DNA of 64,000 nt from Paragordius varius (GCA_964247055.1 OZ176060.1:1804263-1868262); one strand, 5' to 3'. Numbered from the stretch's first letter, positions 13,583 to 26,055 are shown. The notes: generated from the sequence alone by a model not told the origin. Made by a program: numbers and translations.

Positions 13583-15284
13583 ATGATTGCCCTATCCTCT
13601 CTTTTGACCATCTTTATCGTTTCTATCGCCATGTCCGATTGTAGATTGCTTAAAGGGACAGAAACCAGCAATATTGGTAATATATATTTTTAAATTACCA
13701 TATATAACAAAGGATACTAATAACAAGTTCAAGATGTTTACCAAATTATATTAAATCTAATTGATATAAATCAAATATTTTACCTAATGTTTATCAGAAT
13801 GCAGAGTTACACAGGCAGCAGATATGGGTGTACAAAATTTGAGACTTTGCTTGTCTGGATTTAGCATTGGGTCTCGACCACATTATTCTGTGATGGCTTC
13901 TTTCGATGAACCTAACCGATTAAACAAAAATCCAATGGTGTATTCCTACAAACTTTGGCCTTATTACAATGCAACTTCCTTGTTTGAAGCTTATGGTCCC
14001 ACATGGGCTAATGCTTTACATGTAAAATAATTTATTTCTCTTTGTTATATATAATGTTACCGTTTTCGTATATTTATCCAGGCTAAGCATTTTGAGTTGC
14101 CGAGATTGGTACCACAGCAAGAGTACATGTTAAAGGTATCAGCCTCACAAAAAAATATTTCACGAGGATCTTTTGCAGATTTCTTGCGATTTAAAGGTAT
14201 TTCGCAGTATTTTAAACATATATGCCATTTACGTTTAAATTGAGCTTTTAATACATAGAATCACCCTTTATTTAACGTATACATCAATAATACGTTTCTG
14301 AGCCTAACACTTTATTATCTTCATGGTAGTTTTGTACTCCCAGAGAGAATAAATAATTATTTAGATTTTTATATTGGTTTGAATTTAAAAAGCATTCTTT
14401 AGCCTTGGGAGGGCGTAAAAATTTCCGAATAACGTAAAAATATAAAAAGATACTTTGCAATTCATTTCGCCATAATTTTTTCGTTGCAATTTTAAACAAC
14501 GGACAAATTATTGTACACTGTTAAGAATAATGTTTGAAAATTAAATTTTATATAAAATATATACAAAACTAACCTAATGATATTGTCAAAAAATTACCAA
14601 CTTAAATGGTTAAAAAAATTGTGGCATATAAAATAATTTATATAATCCCGATTGGAAAGTTTAGCTAAAAAATTTAATTATGAGCTATAAAGGTCAAAGT
14701 GTGATTTATAAGTCTTTAAGGCTGAATTTATAATGCCAATGTTTATTACATACTTCTATCATCCCTTCTTTTTTAGTGTCAGTGAATGGAAATGATTATA
14801 ACCTTGAACAGCATGGTATGATATTTTTTATTCATTTACTAATAACTAAAATTTATTCTTATCTAATACTGAATGCCAAATAGACATTTCCAAATCTTTT
14901 GCTAAAATTGTTCGGGCTACCACTACCTTTACTAATGAAGGCCGCACCAAAGATTTATTTGTATATATTGAGCCCCTTTCCGAACATTTTGCCAAGGCTT
15001 ATGGGATTGAAAATTTGGATATCATATTAAGTCGCCCAGATGTAGAAGGAGAAAAGGCTCGACATGGAACTCTCGGTGTAAGTATTTACATCAGAATATT
15101 TTATATTAGCAACATTTGCAATATATATTTTAATTAATAGTTAAAAAGCAGAATGTATCGGTTTTCCAACTTAAATCCAAGCTCTGAATATGAAGTCATC
15201 ATTCGTCCTATATATAAAAATGGGGCTCATGCTTCAACAGAATACCTCTCTCACCGGATCTATGTAGATTTGGCTCAATGTTAA
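13583..15284 (+). CDS. Secreted 269-aa protein with two FN3-like domains, paralog 1; exons 13583-13676, 13798-14021, 14082-14196, 14777-14815, 14884-15077, 15141-15284
   Basis: All introns are GT-AG with compatible phases, and the exons total 810 nt with no internal stop. Hydrophobic signal-peptide-like start MIALSSLLTIFIVSIAMS. Two FN3 C-terminal signatures: FELPRLVPQQEYMLKVSA and YRFSNLNPSSEYEVIIRP. Exons are better conserved than introns relative to paralog 2. Confidence 0.85.
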
Positions 15285-15474
15285 ACTCCTATTTGTTTAG
15301 ATTATACTGTTCACCTATCAAAAAATGTAGTTTTTTTCAAATTTTAGCCAATATATCTATTATAATAAATAATACACATATGAATATTATGAAGATTAAC
15401 CAATAAAAAAATACATCAAAAATATAAATGCAGTAGAATTCTTTGGGCAATTTACTAGCTTTCGATTCGTAAAG

Positions 15475-16401
15475 ACAATTTGCTGATAGTTTTATGTTTG
15501 GATGGTTTGTAAGGTGATATAAATTCATTGGCTGTATTTTTGCAGATTGTGTATATAGAATTCCATATATTTTCAATGTTTGGACATTTTTTTGGGTGTT
15601 CAAGACTATTAAAACGATTATGTAATGTAAGGCTATAATTATTATCGATGGTATTATAGTCGAGTTTATTACGAAGTGTTTTAGGTTTTTTCTTGGGTAA
15701 TTGGAGTTTGATGCAGAGCTTAGCAACTAAAAGGTTATGATCAGTGTAGCAATGAACTTTTATATTTATTCATGCCAATTATAAAATCATTTTGATTACG
15801 GTATTTTGGACACGGGAACGCCATGTGTAAAGGCGTCTTTTGGATTGATTAAAGAATATGTTTGCTATAAAAATTAATGACTTGGACAAAATTCGATGAG
15901 TCGATCGCCTCTGTCGTTTTTTGTTCCTAGTCTTGCCTCCTACAGGGTATGTATCCTCACCAATGATACTGTTGAAATTCACCAAGGAGAAATAGAATAT
16001 CTTTTTTGGTACTCGCTTTATTGCTGTTTTTAGCTCATTGTAAAAGGTTTCGCATTTGTCGTCGCTGTATGAACTGGTTGGAGCGTAGACTTGGAGGATT
16101 GTTATGGGCTGAGGTCTAGTTTGGATCCGTATTGATATCATACGTTCGTTAATAGGATTATAGATGTCGGATAAATTTGCTAATTTCTCCTTCATTATGA
16201 TACCTGTCCATTGTATTTGAGAGTGTTGTGTCCGGAATAAAATAGTACGTGATTTTCGAATTCTAAGATGCCATTAGAAGAGATATGTGTTTCAGATACA
16301 CCGAGTATGTCGATGTTGTATTTTATCATTTTGTTTATAACAACATCGATTTTGTTGTTATAAGCACCTCTAAGATTCCAGGTGGCAACTTTTATATTCA
16401 A
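15475..16401 (-). mobile_element. RTE-clade LINE 5' fragment (AP-like endonuclease plus linker), frameshifted, no RT
   Basis: ORFs contain KVATWNLRG, IDILGVSETH, LFYSG and NERMISIRI...ITILQVYAPTS...CETFYNEL. Another frame gives LHNRFNSLE...IENIWNSI, a typical RTE linker. Confidence 0.85.
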
Positions 16402-16936
16402 ATTCCTTGATTAAAATGTTTGAACCATTGGAATAAGCAAAAATATGATAGTTTAGGTTTGATAGATTATTATAACGAGAATTTATGACGGAGAATATAT
16501 GATGGATATTGTGAAGAGATGATTTTAATAAATGATTTAAAAATATACGAATGTATGGAGATGAGTTAAAATTACATTATTTATGGTAAAAAAATATATT
16601 GAATAGGGTAGGTCTACCATACCTTTCCCTCTCAATTGGTAAACATGTGTTTTTATCACATCAACAGTTCTCTTTTACAGCCAATGATGTATTACTCATA
16701 GACCTAATTTGAAGTTATTAAAATGGAATTTTTTTAGATTGAGTGCAGTGTAACGCGAAAAGACAAGACGAGGAATTTATACATTATAGAGGAAATATGG
16801 AAATCAAGCCTTTACGCAAAAGAGATGCTATATTATCTTAGAAACTGGCACCTAGAAAAAAGAGATGGTAAATACATTGGCAAAAAGATTGAAATATATA
16901 TATATATATATACATATATATATGTATGTATGTATA

Positions 16937-17100
16937 TAGAAAGGTAAGAGGGGAAGAGGGTGCACTAAAACGGGATCGATTGATACGGTTAATAGAAACA
17001 TAACAAAAGTGAACTTAAAACGCAAGGAAACCATAGACAGGGTTCTATGGCGAAATAGATTACGGATATGACCGCTCGAGAGTGATATCATATGTAATTA
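16937..17100 (+). mobile_element. 3' terminal remnant of an RTE-like LINE, next to a (TA)n microsatellite at about 16890-16935
   Basis: Translates to approximately GKRGRGCTKTGSIDTVNRNITKVNLKRKETIDRVLWRNRL, matching VEGKRERGRPKIKWIDTVKR...DAIDRVLWRDRL at about 60325-60452. Confidence 0.8.
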
Positions 17101-17700
17101 ATATTAAAAGCTGTAATATGTAATGCGTATGTAATCTCACATGTGTGGCTTAAAAAATCTAGATTGCGCTTTGTTCACTATATATAATGGCTGATTTTTT
17201 TCGCGGTAATTGATTATGGACGCTATAGGTTATGGTTATAACAGCAATAATTAATTATGTTATGTTATTAATCTAATTTAAAAAAAATCTTGTAAATTAT
17301 ATCTGTTTGTTAAGCTCTTCTACTAAGGGTATATTCGATAAAATTGTAAACTTGCTAATTATTTAATCGGATATGAAAGAAAAAAATTGTTATATTAGAT
17401 TAATTTTTTGATAATTTTAAAATTATGGCCATCCTATATTGATGGGAATCCAAAAAGTTCTTTTTTAATAAATACCATATAATAAACAATAAACTCCAAC
17501 TAATTTCTCACTAAAATCGGCTGGGTTAAGGAAATGAAACCGAGGGTAAGTGGAATGTTAAAATCTCAGGAATGGGATTCCGGCTCGAAGCCCTTTTATC
17601 CATACATTATTATGTTGTCAATTGGCCAATGTGGTGAATAGGCCGGCATAATGTACATACTGATATGCACATTAATCTTACACCGATATTTCAGTATATA

Positions 17701-18493
17701 CCATTTACACTTCAAGAGTGTCCTTGAACAATTCAAGTGGTCCTTGAACAATTCAAGTTGGTCCTTGAACAGTTCAAGTTGGTCCTTGAACAATTCAAGT
17801 TGGTCCTTGAACAGTTCAAGTTGGTCCTTGAACAATTCAAGTTGGTCCTTGAACAATTCAAGTTGGTCCTTTAACTTTTTTGTTTTGTTTTTAACTTTTA
17901 TCAATCAAATCGAAAATAATTCGTCTATTTTATTGTTTTTAACCTATTTTCTATTATTTAACATAAATTTTAAATCGATATCAACTTTTAATCTTTGAAA
18001 AACCGTATATCTTTATTAATTTCTTAAAATAAATTTAAATATTTATAAGATTTTAACACGAAATGAAAAAATATATAAGTTTTCTGGGTTATTAATTAAA
18101 ATTTTTCATTAAAAACATTTAAAAGTCAATAATTTTGTTCAATTGAAAAAAAATAGTTTTAAACAAAAAAGTGGTTTTTCAATAAAAAAATTTATTTTTA
18201 AATGAATAATTATATAATAAATAAAGAAAATTAGGTTAATAAATAATTAAATAAAAAAATAAATGCAAAAATTATGGTTAAATCAAAATTTATAAATTTT
18301 AAGGACCAACTTGAACTGTTCAAGGACCAACTTGAACTGTTCAAGGACTAACTTGAATTGTTCAAGGACCAACTTGAATTGTTCAAGGACCAACTTGAAT
18401 TGTTCAAGGACCAATTTGAACTGTTCAAGGACCAACTTGAATTGTTCAAGGACCAACTTGAATTGTTCAAGGACACTCTTGAACTGTAAATGG
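17701..18493. mobile_element. Foldback-type MITE whose TIRs are arrays of a 21-bp unit (7-8 copies per arm)
   Basis: Ends ccatttacacttcaagagtgtccttgaac and gttcaaggacactcttgaactgtaaatgg are inverted. The unit is ccttgaacaattcaagttggt. TATATA flanks both sides, and the empty site is at 13183-13188 in duplication copy 1. Confidence 0.9.
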
Positions 18494-18890
18494 TATATAA
18501 TAGATATATATGGTTTTTTTATCATGTGTTTAATTTAATATCCAAAATTAAAATATCCATATTATAAGACCTAAAAAACAAATATATCATATATTTGGCA
18601 CACTTTTACCCAACACATTGCCAAAAATAACGCGCTTTATATTAACATATTAATTTACTTGGCGTCAATTAATTTTTATATAATTTTAGGCAAAAAATTG
18701 GGGTTTGATAGTTAAAAAATTTAATCAATATTTACGTATCCAAGATAGCGTCCAAAACTACATTAAAAAGTAAAATTATTGCCAATATTTTAAAAATTAT
18801 AAATATTTATTTAGATATTTGAGAAAGTATATATAGAGCTGCCGTAAATGACCAAAATCACACTATTTTGTCAAATCAAACGAATTCATA

Positions 18891-20612
18891 ATGATTGCCC
18901 TATCCTCTCTTTTGGCCATCTTTATCGTTTCTATCGCTATATCCGATTGCCGATTGCTTAAAGGGACAGAAACCAGCAATATTGGTAATGATATATTTTT
19001 ATATTACCATAAAATATTATTAACATAGGTTAATAATAAAAAGTGCAAGATCTCTACCAAATTATATTAAATCTAATTGATATAAATCAAATATTTTACC
19101 TAATGTTTATCAGAATGCAGAGTTACACAGGCAGCAGATATGGGTGTACAAAATTTGAGACTTTGCTTGTCTGGATTTAGCATTGGGTCTCGACCTCATT
19201 ATTCTGTGATGGCTTCTTTCGATGAACCTAACCGATTAAACAAAAATCCAATGGTGTATTCCTACCAACTTTGGCCTTATTACAATGCAACTTCCTTGTT
19301 TGAAGCTTATGGTCCCACATGGGCTAATGCTTTACATGTAAAATAATTTATTTGTCTTTGTAAGACATAATATTACCGTTTTCGTATATTTATACAGGCT
19401 AAGCATTTTGAGTTGCCGAGATTGGTACCACAGCAAGAGTACATGTTAAAGGTATCAGCTTCACAAAAAAATATTTCACGAGGATCTTTTGCAGATTTCT
19501 TGCGATTTAAAGGTATTTCGCAGTAGTTTAAATATATATGCCATTTACGTTTAAATTGAGCTTTTAATAAACAGTATCACCCTTTGTATTAATATTTATA
19601 ATTTGATTCTTAACGTTTATCCCCAATAATGTTTCTGAGCCTAACACTTTATTATCTTTATGGTAGTTTTATATTCCCAGTGGGATTATAAATACTTATT
19701 AGAATAGATTTTTATTGAGCTGTTAAAAAGGTAAATTCTTTAGCATTGGGTCGCGTGATAAACAATTTCCGAATAAAATTAAAAAAAGATACTTCGCAAT
19801 TCAGTTAGCCGTCATTTTTTCGTTGCAATTTTAAACAACGGACAAATTATTGTACACTGTTAAGAAATTGAAAATTAAATGTTAATCAAAATCAAACAAT
19901 AGAATATATTAAGTTTAAGCTATATACAAAACTACCTAATGATATTGTCAATAATTTACCAACTTAAATGGTTAAAAAAAATTGTGGCATATAAAATAAT
20001 TTATATAATACCGATTGGAAAGTTTAGCTAATAAATTTAATTATGGAATATAAAGGCCAAATGAATGTTTATTATATACTTCTATCATCTCTTCTTTTTT
20101 AGTGTCAGTGAATGGAAATGATTATAACCTTGAACAGCATGGTATGATAATTTTTATTTATATACCACTAATTGAATTTCTAATTCTTATCTATTACTGA
20201 ATGCCAAATAGACATTTCCAAATCTTTTGCTAAAATTGTTCGAGCTACAACTACTTTTACTAATGAAGGCCGCACCAAAGATTTATTTGTATATATTGAG
20301 CCCCTTTCCGAACATTTTGCCAAGGCTTATGGGATTGAAAATTTGGATATCATATCAAGTCGCCCAGATGTAGAAGGAGAAAAGGCTCGACATGGGACTC
20401 TTGGTGTAAGTATTTACAGCAGAATATTTTATATTAGCAACATTCACAATATATAACTTTATTAATAGTTAAAAAGCAGAATGTATCGGTTTTCCAACTT
20501 AAATCCAAGCTCTGAATATGAAGTCATCATTCGTCCTATATATAAAAATGGGGCTCATGCTTCAACAGAATACCTCTCTCACCGGATCTATGTAGATTTG
20601 GCTCAATGTTAA
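18891..20612 (+). CDS. Secreted two-FN3-like protein, paralog 2; exons 18891-18984, 19114-19337, 19398-19512, 20103-20141, 20212-20405, 20469-20612
   Basis: Same exon sizes and splice sites as paralog 1, with an open frame. By manual count it differs at 14 of 810 coding nt (10 synonymous, 4 nonsynonymous). Confidence 0.85.
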
Positions 20613-21650
20613 ACTCCTATTTGTTTAGATTTTATTTTTCAGTTATCAAAAATTGTAGTTTTTTTCAAATTTTAGGTATTATATCTATCATAATAAATAT
20701 AGTTATATGAAAAATATTAGGAAGTTAATTAACCTATAAAAAAATACATAAATATAAATGCAGTAGAATTCTTGGGGCAATTTACTATTTCTCTATTCGT
20801 AAATGAAAAACTATTGAGATCTTAAAATCCCTCTAATAACAAGCAGAATTGCTAATTGCCATAATAGATGATATAAACTTTTTTTAAAATGCATACTTTA
20901 CTTAATATTAAAGCAGCATAACAACACTTTCGCGTATAGAAAAAGAGTGTTTTTATAATCAGTCTATCAATAAAATGAAAAAAATTGTTTGTTGTCAGAT
21001 CTAATTTAGCAAAAAAATTTGACCTGAGGTGATAACACGAATTATATTAAAAAAAATTTGCATGTTCAATAAAATAGATCTATTCGATTTTAGTTAAATT
21101 TTTAGCAAAAGAATATTTTTCAAACATACATTTATTGATTAATCAAAGATATAAAACTGCTAAATATTAGGATTTTCGAGTACATCGGCAGTTAAATAGT
21201 ATATTTCTTTTACATCTGTAATAGACAACAAATTTCCCTGCCACTCGGGTTTTTTGCATCTGATAGTTAATATCATTTTAACAGAAAATTCAAAACAATA
21301 ATATTTATAATTTAGCTAAAAATGTGCGGCGTTTAAAAAAATATTTTTTTTATGTTTTTACCTTAGTAAAATTTAAAATTGCATTAAAGTTCTTTGGATA
21401 TTTGTGTGCTTTCTCGTCCTACCGATAGTTTATGATAAATTACATTAAAAATGGAAAATAGCAATCTAGAAATCTTAAGACAAAAAGCCAAAACTTTATT
21501 AAACCTAAATTATCACTATATAATTTATTTAACAATATAATTATAATTGTAAAATAGATAATTAATTTGGTTACCAATATTTATCTCATTTTTTTGCTTG
21601 CAAAATAAAAATTGTATTTATCTTAAATTTTTTCCGTACGATTTCAATTT

Positions 21651-22385
21651 ACAATAAAAATTCAAATTTATACGGACAAAACGTAAATAAATAAAGACAA
21701 TGATACTTTATACTTGATTATTTTATATAACTCATTGTTTAATTTTTCGATTCAAATTATACTTGTATCCCAATAAAAATTATAAAAAAAGCCAAAATAT
21801 GTAAATTAAATTTCGTTTTGAAAAAAAAGTTCCATGTGAAACTATTTCGACGCCATTTTTATTTTACAAAATTTTTGCAAAATATCCTAATGATTTGCTA
21901 ACGTTTAAACTAACTTCTTATTTAAAAATCTAACATGATAGAAATAGAAAAAGTGGTTTATTTAGTATTACTTTTCAATTTAGCCAATTCACATATATTA
22001 CGTTGACTAAATTTTTACTAATGAAAATAAGTAATATCAGGTATATTTAAATTAAAATTAATTATATATTTCGGTTTATTAATGTTATAAGAGTGCAAAT
22101 ACACATGGTTGTGATTCCTTCATATTTTTTATAGTATTTAATTTTAACAGGCCTGAAGTGACCAACTACCCCAATTTAAATAGAAAGACTATGAATGTGT
22201 TATATTTAAGTGTTAAATTTGCAAAGTATAAATTTAAAATTGGTGTCAATAAATTATATATTTTCCTTTGTAATTAAATAATTTATATAAATTAAAGTTT
22301 AAAGAATGATTGTGTTTTAGAAATAAATATTTGTCTTTATATTTTTACGTTTTGTCAGCGTACAATTGTAGTTTATAATGTATTT
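21651..22385. mobile_element. Tc1/mariner-like MITE with a nested piggyBac-like MITE at about 21790-22212 (-)
   Basis: Outer TIRs are tatacggacaaaacgtaaa...aaagacaa and ttgtctttatatttttacgttttgtc. The inner segment is the reverse complement of the 52010-52574 family and ends gtg|ttaa at 22212. Confidence 0.65.
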
Positions 22386-22397
22386 TATTTATTTTAG

Positions 22398-23753
22398 AAT
22401 TTAATGCCAGTACGCCAGCAATTTTAACATTTAACAAAGGTGCCGGCGCGCCGTGCCAATTCACATTGGGTGTCGCCTTATTTGGTGGAAACCAATTACG
22501 TAAACATTTTTTTTCAACCATCATCCATGTATTTGTCCTTAAAAAACATTTAAAATTTATATTTTTTGGATTATCCCAGAAGATATAAGTGATTTTGTTG
22601 TTATCTTATCAACAACGGGCAAAACTAGCCTACTTTTTTGAATCAAAAAAATAAGATATCAATGAAATCAAATGTACGATTTTTGGTTTTTTTAACATAT
22701 CCTTTTCACTATAAAATTTTGTAAGGAAAAAATATGATAATATTTTTGACTAATTAAATATTTCCTCTAGGTTATACTATTTTGCCAAATTTACAGTGTT
22801 ACAACCACGACCCTAAAATTTCTAAATTTTTCCCCAACATACTTACCAAAATCTAGCTTCCTATTTAATCATTGCCTCGGTCTAATCACAAATTAGATAA
22901 ATTCCGAGTTTTCTCGATGTTAGCTGCTGCGTAAAATATGGGAATCACAAAAAAATGTTTTTTATTTGAGTTAACCTCAGTAGGCGAGACAATCGAAAAT
23001 TCCAATGATTATATCAAATTATACCGACAAATTTTAAAACATAAAGACAAATGATTTTTAAAAAGGCAGCTCTCTTTTTGTTAACGTGATTGTTTTAATA
23101 AGACATTGTTTTTGAATTACAAAGTAAATATTTAAATTATACGGACAAAACGTAAAAATATAAGGACAATAATTTTTTTTAAAGACAACCCATTAATTCC
23201 TATTTTTTTATCGCCTTTATTTACAATTGTATATCGTGTTGATGTTAGCAATTTGCATCTCTGTTTCATACTTTTTTATTTAGAATAATAACTAAATTTA
23301 AAAAATCCAGTTTAAAAAGAATGGTTGTCTTTAAAAAAATATTTGTCATTAATTAAAGCTTTGTCGGAATAATTTCAATTCTTATTCACTGCTAACACAA
23401 TCAATTTCGTTTTTACTAATGTAAGGATTAATTTATATAAGATAAAGTAAGGATTTAAAAAGTCTGTTTCTCAAAGAAGATTTGTTTTTAGGTTTTTATG
23501 ATTTGTCCGTATATTGTAACATTTTTTCAAATTTTGTACAGGAGTCAATTATGCGGGAGCTATGCCTATGGCTATGTTAAGTACAACAGATCCCATTGGA
23601 ACAGCAATTACTCTAGGAGCGGCGCCTAATACTGGGGTCATAACCTTAACAAGCAACACTACTGTTCCGGCAAATTTCACGAGCTTTAATTTTGAAGCAG
23701 TACTGGCTGCTGCTGTCGCACCAACGCCCATAGTATTTGATGTAAGCTTATAA
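22398..23753 (+). CDS. Partial gene of unknown function; exons 22398-22499 and 23542-23741 (or read-through to the stop at 23753); start exon not found
   Basis: Two GC-richer open segments have good acceptors and donors in matching phase 1. Joined peptide: FNASTPAILTFNKGAGAPCQFTLGVALFGGNQLRVNYAGAMPMAMLSTTDPIGTAITLGAAPNTGVITLTSNTTVPANFTSFNFEAVLAAAVAPTPIVFD. Confidence 0.65.
23116..23525. mobile_element. Tc1/mariner-like MITE of the most abundant family in the window
   Basis: TIRs are attatacggacaaaacgtaaaaatataaggacaa and tttatgatttgtccgtata. It lies inside the predicted intron. Confidence 0.65.
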
Positions 23754-24159
23754 TTTCTGTTTTACAGTAAAATTAATTAAAATTATACAAGGAAAATGTA
23801 AAATCATAAGGATTTTTTTTACAAGTCACCATACTTTTTCAATTAGAATTAACATTGGCAGAAAACGCAACTATATATTTAACATATTTTGGCCTATCAT
23901 TGCGAATAGAGGTTATACTTCTTCTCCAATAATGGCTTATGAAGTCATACATGGATTGTGTTACCAATTTACATGTTACTTACTTTTCTAGTAAAATAAA
24001 GCTATATTTAAACAAGTTAAAAAAGGTTTAGCTGTTTTTTGAATAGAATTTCTTTTGCTTTTACACTTTCTCTGTATAATTATTTACTGTACTATTTTCT
24101 AAATAATATATTTAAGTCCATAAGTAGAAATACAATATTTTTCTTGGGTAGTTACAATT

Positions 24160-24400
24160 TATAAATTTCCATTCGAGTCTTCTTCTTTGTTAGCGTTTAT
24201 AAGAGCATAGATTTTTGTGGAGACGAGTTTAATTGAAGTGATATTATGCGATCGCTGTGTGGATGGCGAATTACCTATGAGTTGGCAAATGATTTGGTCA
24301 CTTTTATGGCCATTCCGTTTCGTAAAAGGTATCATGACCTGATTATAATAGGATGTGATTTTCATATTCTATGTGACCGTTTAAAGGGATGTGGGATTCT
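24160..24400 (-). mobile_element. Possible highly degraded LINE endonuclease remnant
   Basis: The peptide NITSIKLVSTKIYALINANKEE weakly echoes the ITIIQIYAPT..EE motif. Eyeball similarity only. Confidence 0.3.
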
Positions 24401-24899
24401 GCTATGCCTAATACACTGATGTCAAGTTTCACCATTTCTTTTATAATAACTTCGATTTTGTTGGTGGTGTCGCCTGAATTCCATGTGCCAATACGTAAAG
24501 ACAAAACGTTGGAGTTAATTTTATTCGAAACAAGTAGTGTCTGATTTCGATTGGTTTAGATGATATAGAAAATGAGGTAGGAAAAATTATTGATGGATAA
24601 GTTTCTGATGAAGGATATGAGGAAAAAATGAGTTGTATTTTTAATGATGAAAGGATGTAGGTATGAGGAAACAAATGAGTTTGTATTTTCGATGATGAAT
24701 GATATAGGTAATTGGATAGAGATAGTGTTAAGAAAGATAATTTAATAATCAGTTTATAGTTCAAATGAATATATTTTTTTTGAGAATGATGATCTAATGC
24801 TATTCAGATAAAAGTAGATGAAATGGTTGGTAAAAGCTTTTCTAATGCGTTAATTAAATGCTTTCATTAATGTAGAAAAAAAATACATCTTCAAAAATA

Positions 24900-25170
24900 A
24901 TTGGTATTCCTTCTGGTGAGCAGGCATACCAAGCCTTTCCCACCGTCTTCTTTACCATTTTTAACTTTGGTCACATTACCAAAGCTAATGACTTGGAATC
25001 CCAACTAATGAGAGGCATGGTCGCAAGATCTAGGAAACGTGAACGCTGCAAGATGTGCTGGATCAAAAACCTAACCAAAGAAACCAATCTTTTTTTACAA
25101 CAGCTAACAGCACTCACTTACAATCGAATAAACTGGAGAAAATATACCTTCGAAAAAGCAATAATTTGAC
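24900..25170 (+). mobile_element. 3' fragment of an RTE-like LINE
   Basis: Translates FGHITKANDLESQLMRGMVARSRKRERCKMCWIKNL...NRINWRK, the typical RTE C-terminal FGH...LE..IM.G.V.G.R.RGR...W pattern. Confidence 0.7.
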
Positions 25171-25820
25171 AACGATCTTTGCTATAATAATAAAATATGT
25201 ATATTATTAAAGAAACATTATACCAAAAAACTTGATATTTATTGATTTTAAAATCATCTTCTCTATCTTTAGGACTTATACTAATATCTGGATGCCCAAT
25301 ATCGTAACAATATGAGTTTAATGTTTGAGAACGCTAAGAAAACATTCAGAGACGTATTTTATTTACAAGCTTATACCATAAGGTTTCAAACTTTTCCAAA
25401 AATGGTTTACTATATCCATCGCCTTTAAAAATAAATTTGTTTTGTCAGTTATATTTGAAACCTCAATGTTTTTCGGTAAATCTTCAATATTTTTAGAATT
25501 TTTGAAGATAACGTATCTAAAATTTTAATCAAAATTAATGGAATACCAGCCGGGAAAATTAAATTATAAACTTCTGATAACACATATTGTAACATATAAA
25601 TAAAAATGTTATATGAAAACCGATGCTTTTGAAGTTATCATATATGTATTGATAAGTTAGCTCGCTTATAATTTTTAAATTAACGAACCAGGTGTGTTCA
25701 ACAGTTAACCTTTTTTAAGACTGATAAAAATTTACGATTGTTCAGTCCTTTAAACTGTTTAAACATCATCGTATTTTTGTTGCTCAACATCCATATATAA
25801 ATTAGAGTCATTTTTTGATA

Positions 25821-26055
25821 CAGTAATTCAAATTATACGGACAAAACTTAAAAATATAAAGACAAATTTTTTTTTAACACAACCCTTTTTCAAACCATAA
25901 TTTTCCTACATCTACTTGATAACAATGATGTAATTTAGAGGACGAATAATTTACATACATCTTTATGTTGAACCAATAAGGAATGTTCAGTTGTCTTTCA
26001 GAAAAATTTGTCTTTAGATTTTTACGTTTTGTCCGTATAATTTCAATTTTTATTT
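25821..26055. mobile_element. Tc1/mariner-like MITE; further copies at about 37822-38052, 38556-38841, 44885-45101, 50145-50330 and 50493-50750
   Basis: TIRs are ta|cagtaa...attatacggacaaaac and gttttgtccgtataat. Confidence 0.7.

Larger units (their letters stand above)
12468..15475 (+). repeat. Tandem segmental duplication, copy 1
   Basis: Colinear with 16975-20805 across the upstream region, six exons, introns and 3' flank. Similarity ends at about 15475/20805. Confidence 0.9.
16975..20805 (+). repeat. Tandem segmental duplication, copy 2, containing a 793-bp insertion
   Basis: Colinear with 12468-15475 except for the insert at 17701-18493. Confidence 0.9.

Noticed and set aside
13824-14030. 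68-aa ORFs at 13824 and 19140 as stand-alone small proteins
   Set aside because: They are internal parts of exon 2 of the spliced FN3-like genes.
15337-15726. 129-aa hydrophobic ORF as a membrane protein
   Set aside because: It overlaps the decayed LINE linker in another frame and the AT-rich 3' flank of paralog 1.
17720-18480. 21-bp repeat arrays as a CRISPR array
   Set aside because: The repeats are head-to-tail with no spacers, form inverted arms, have no cas genes nearby and lie in a eukaryotic context.
17596-18538. Four ORFs with heptad repeats (DQLELFK, SSWSLNN, LEQFKLV, NCSRTNL) that look like leucine zippers
   Set aside because: They are translations of the 21-bp TIR modules of the foldback MITE in several frames on both strands.
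23549-23731. Minus-strand 60-aa ORF
   Set aside because: It is the antisense shadow of the plus-strand exon, which has splice-site support.
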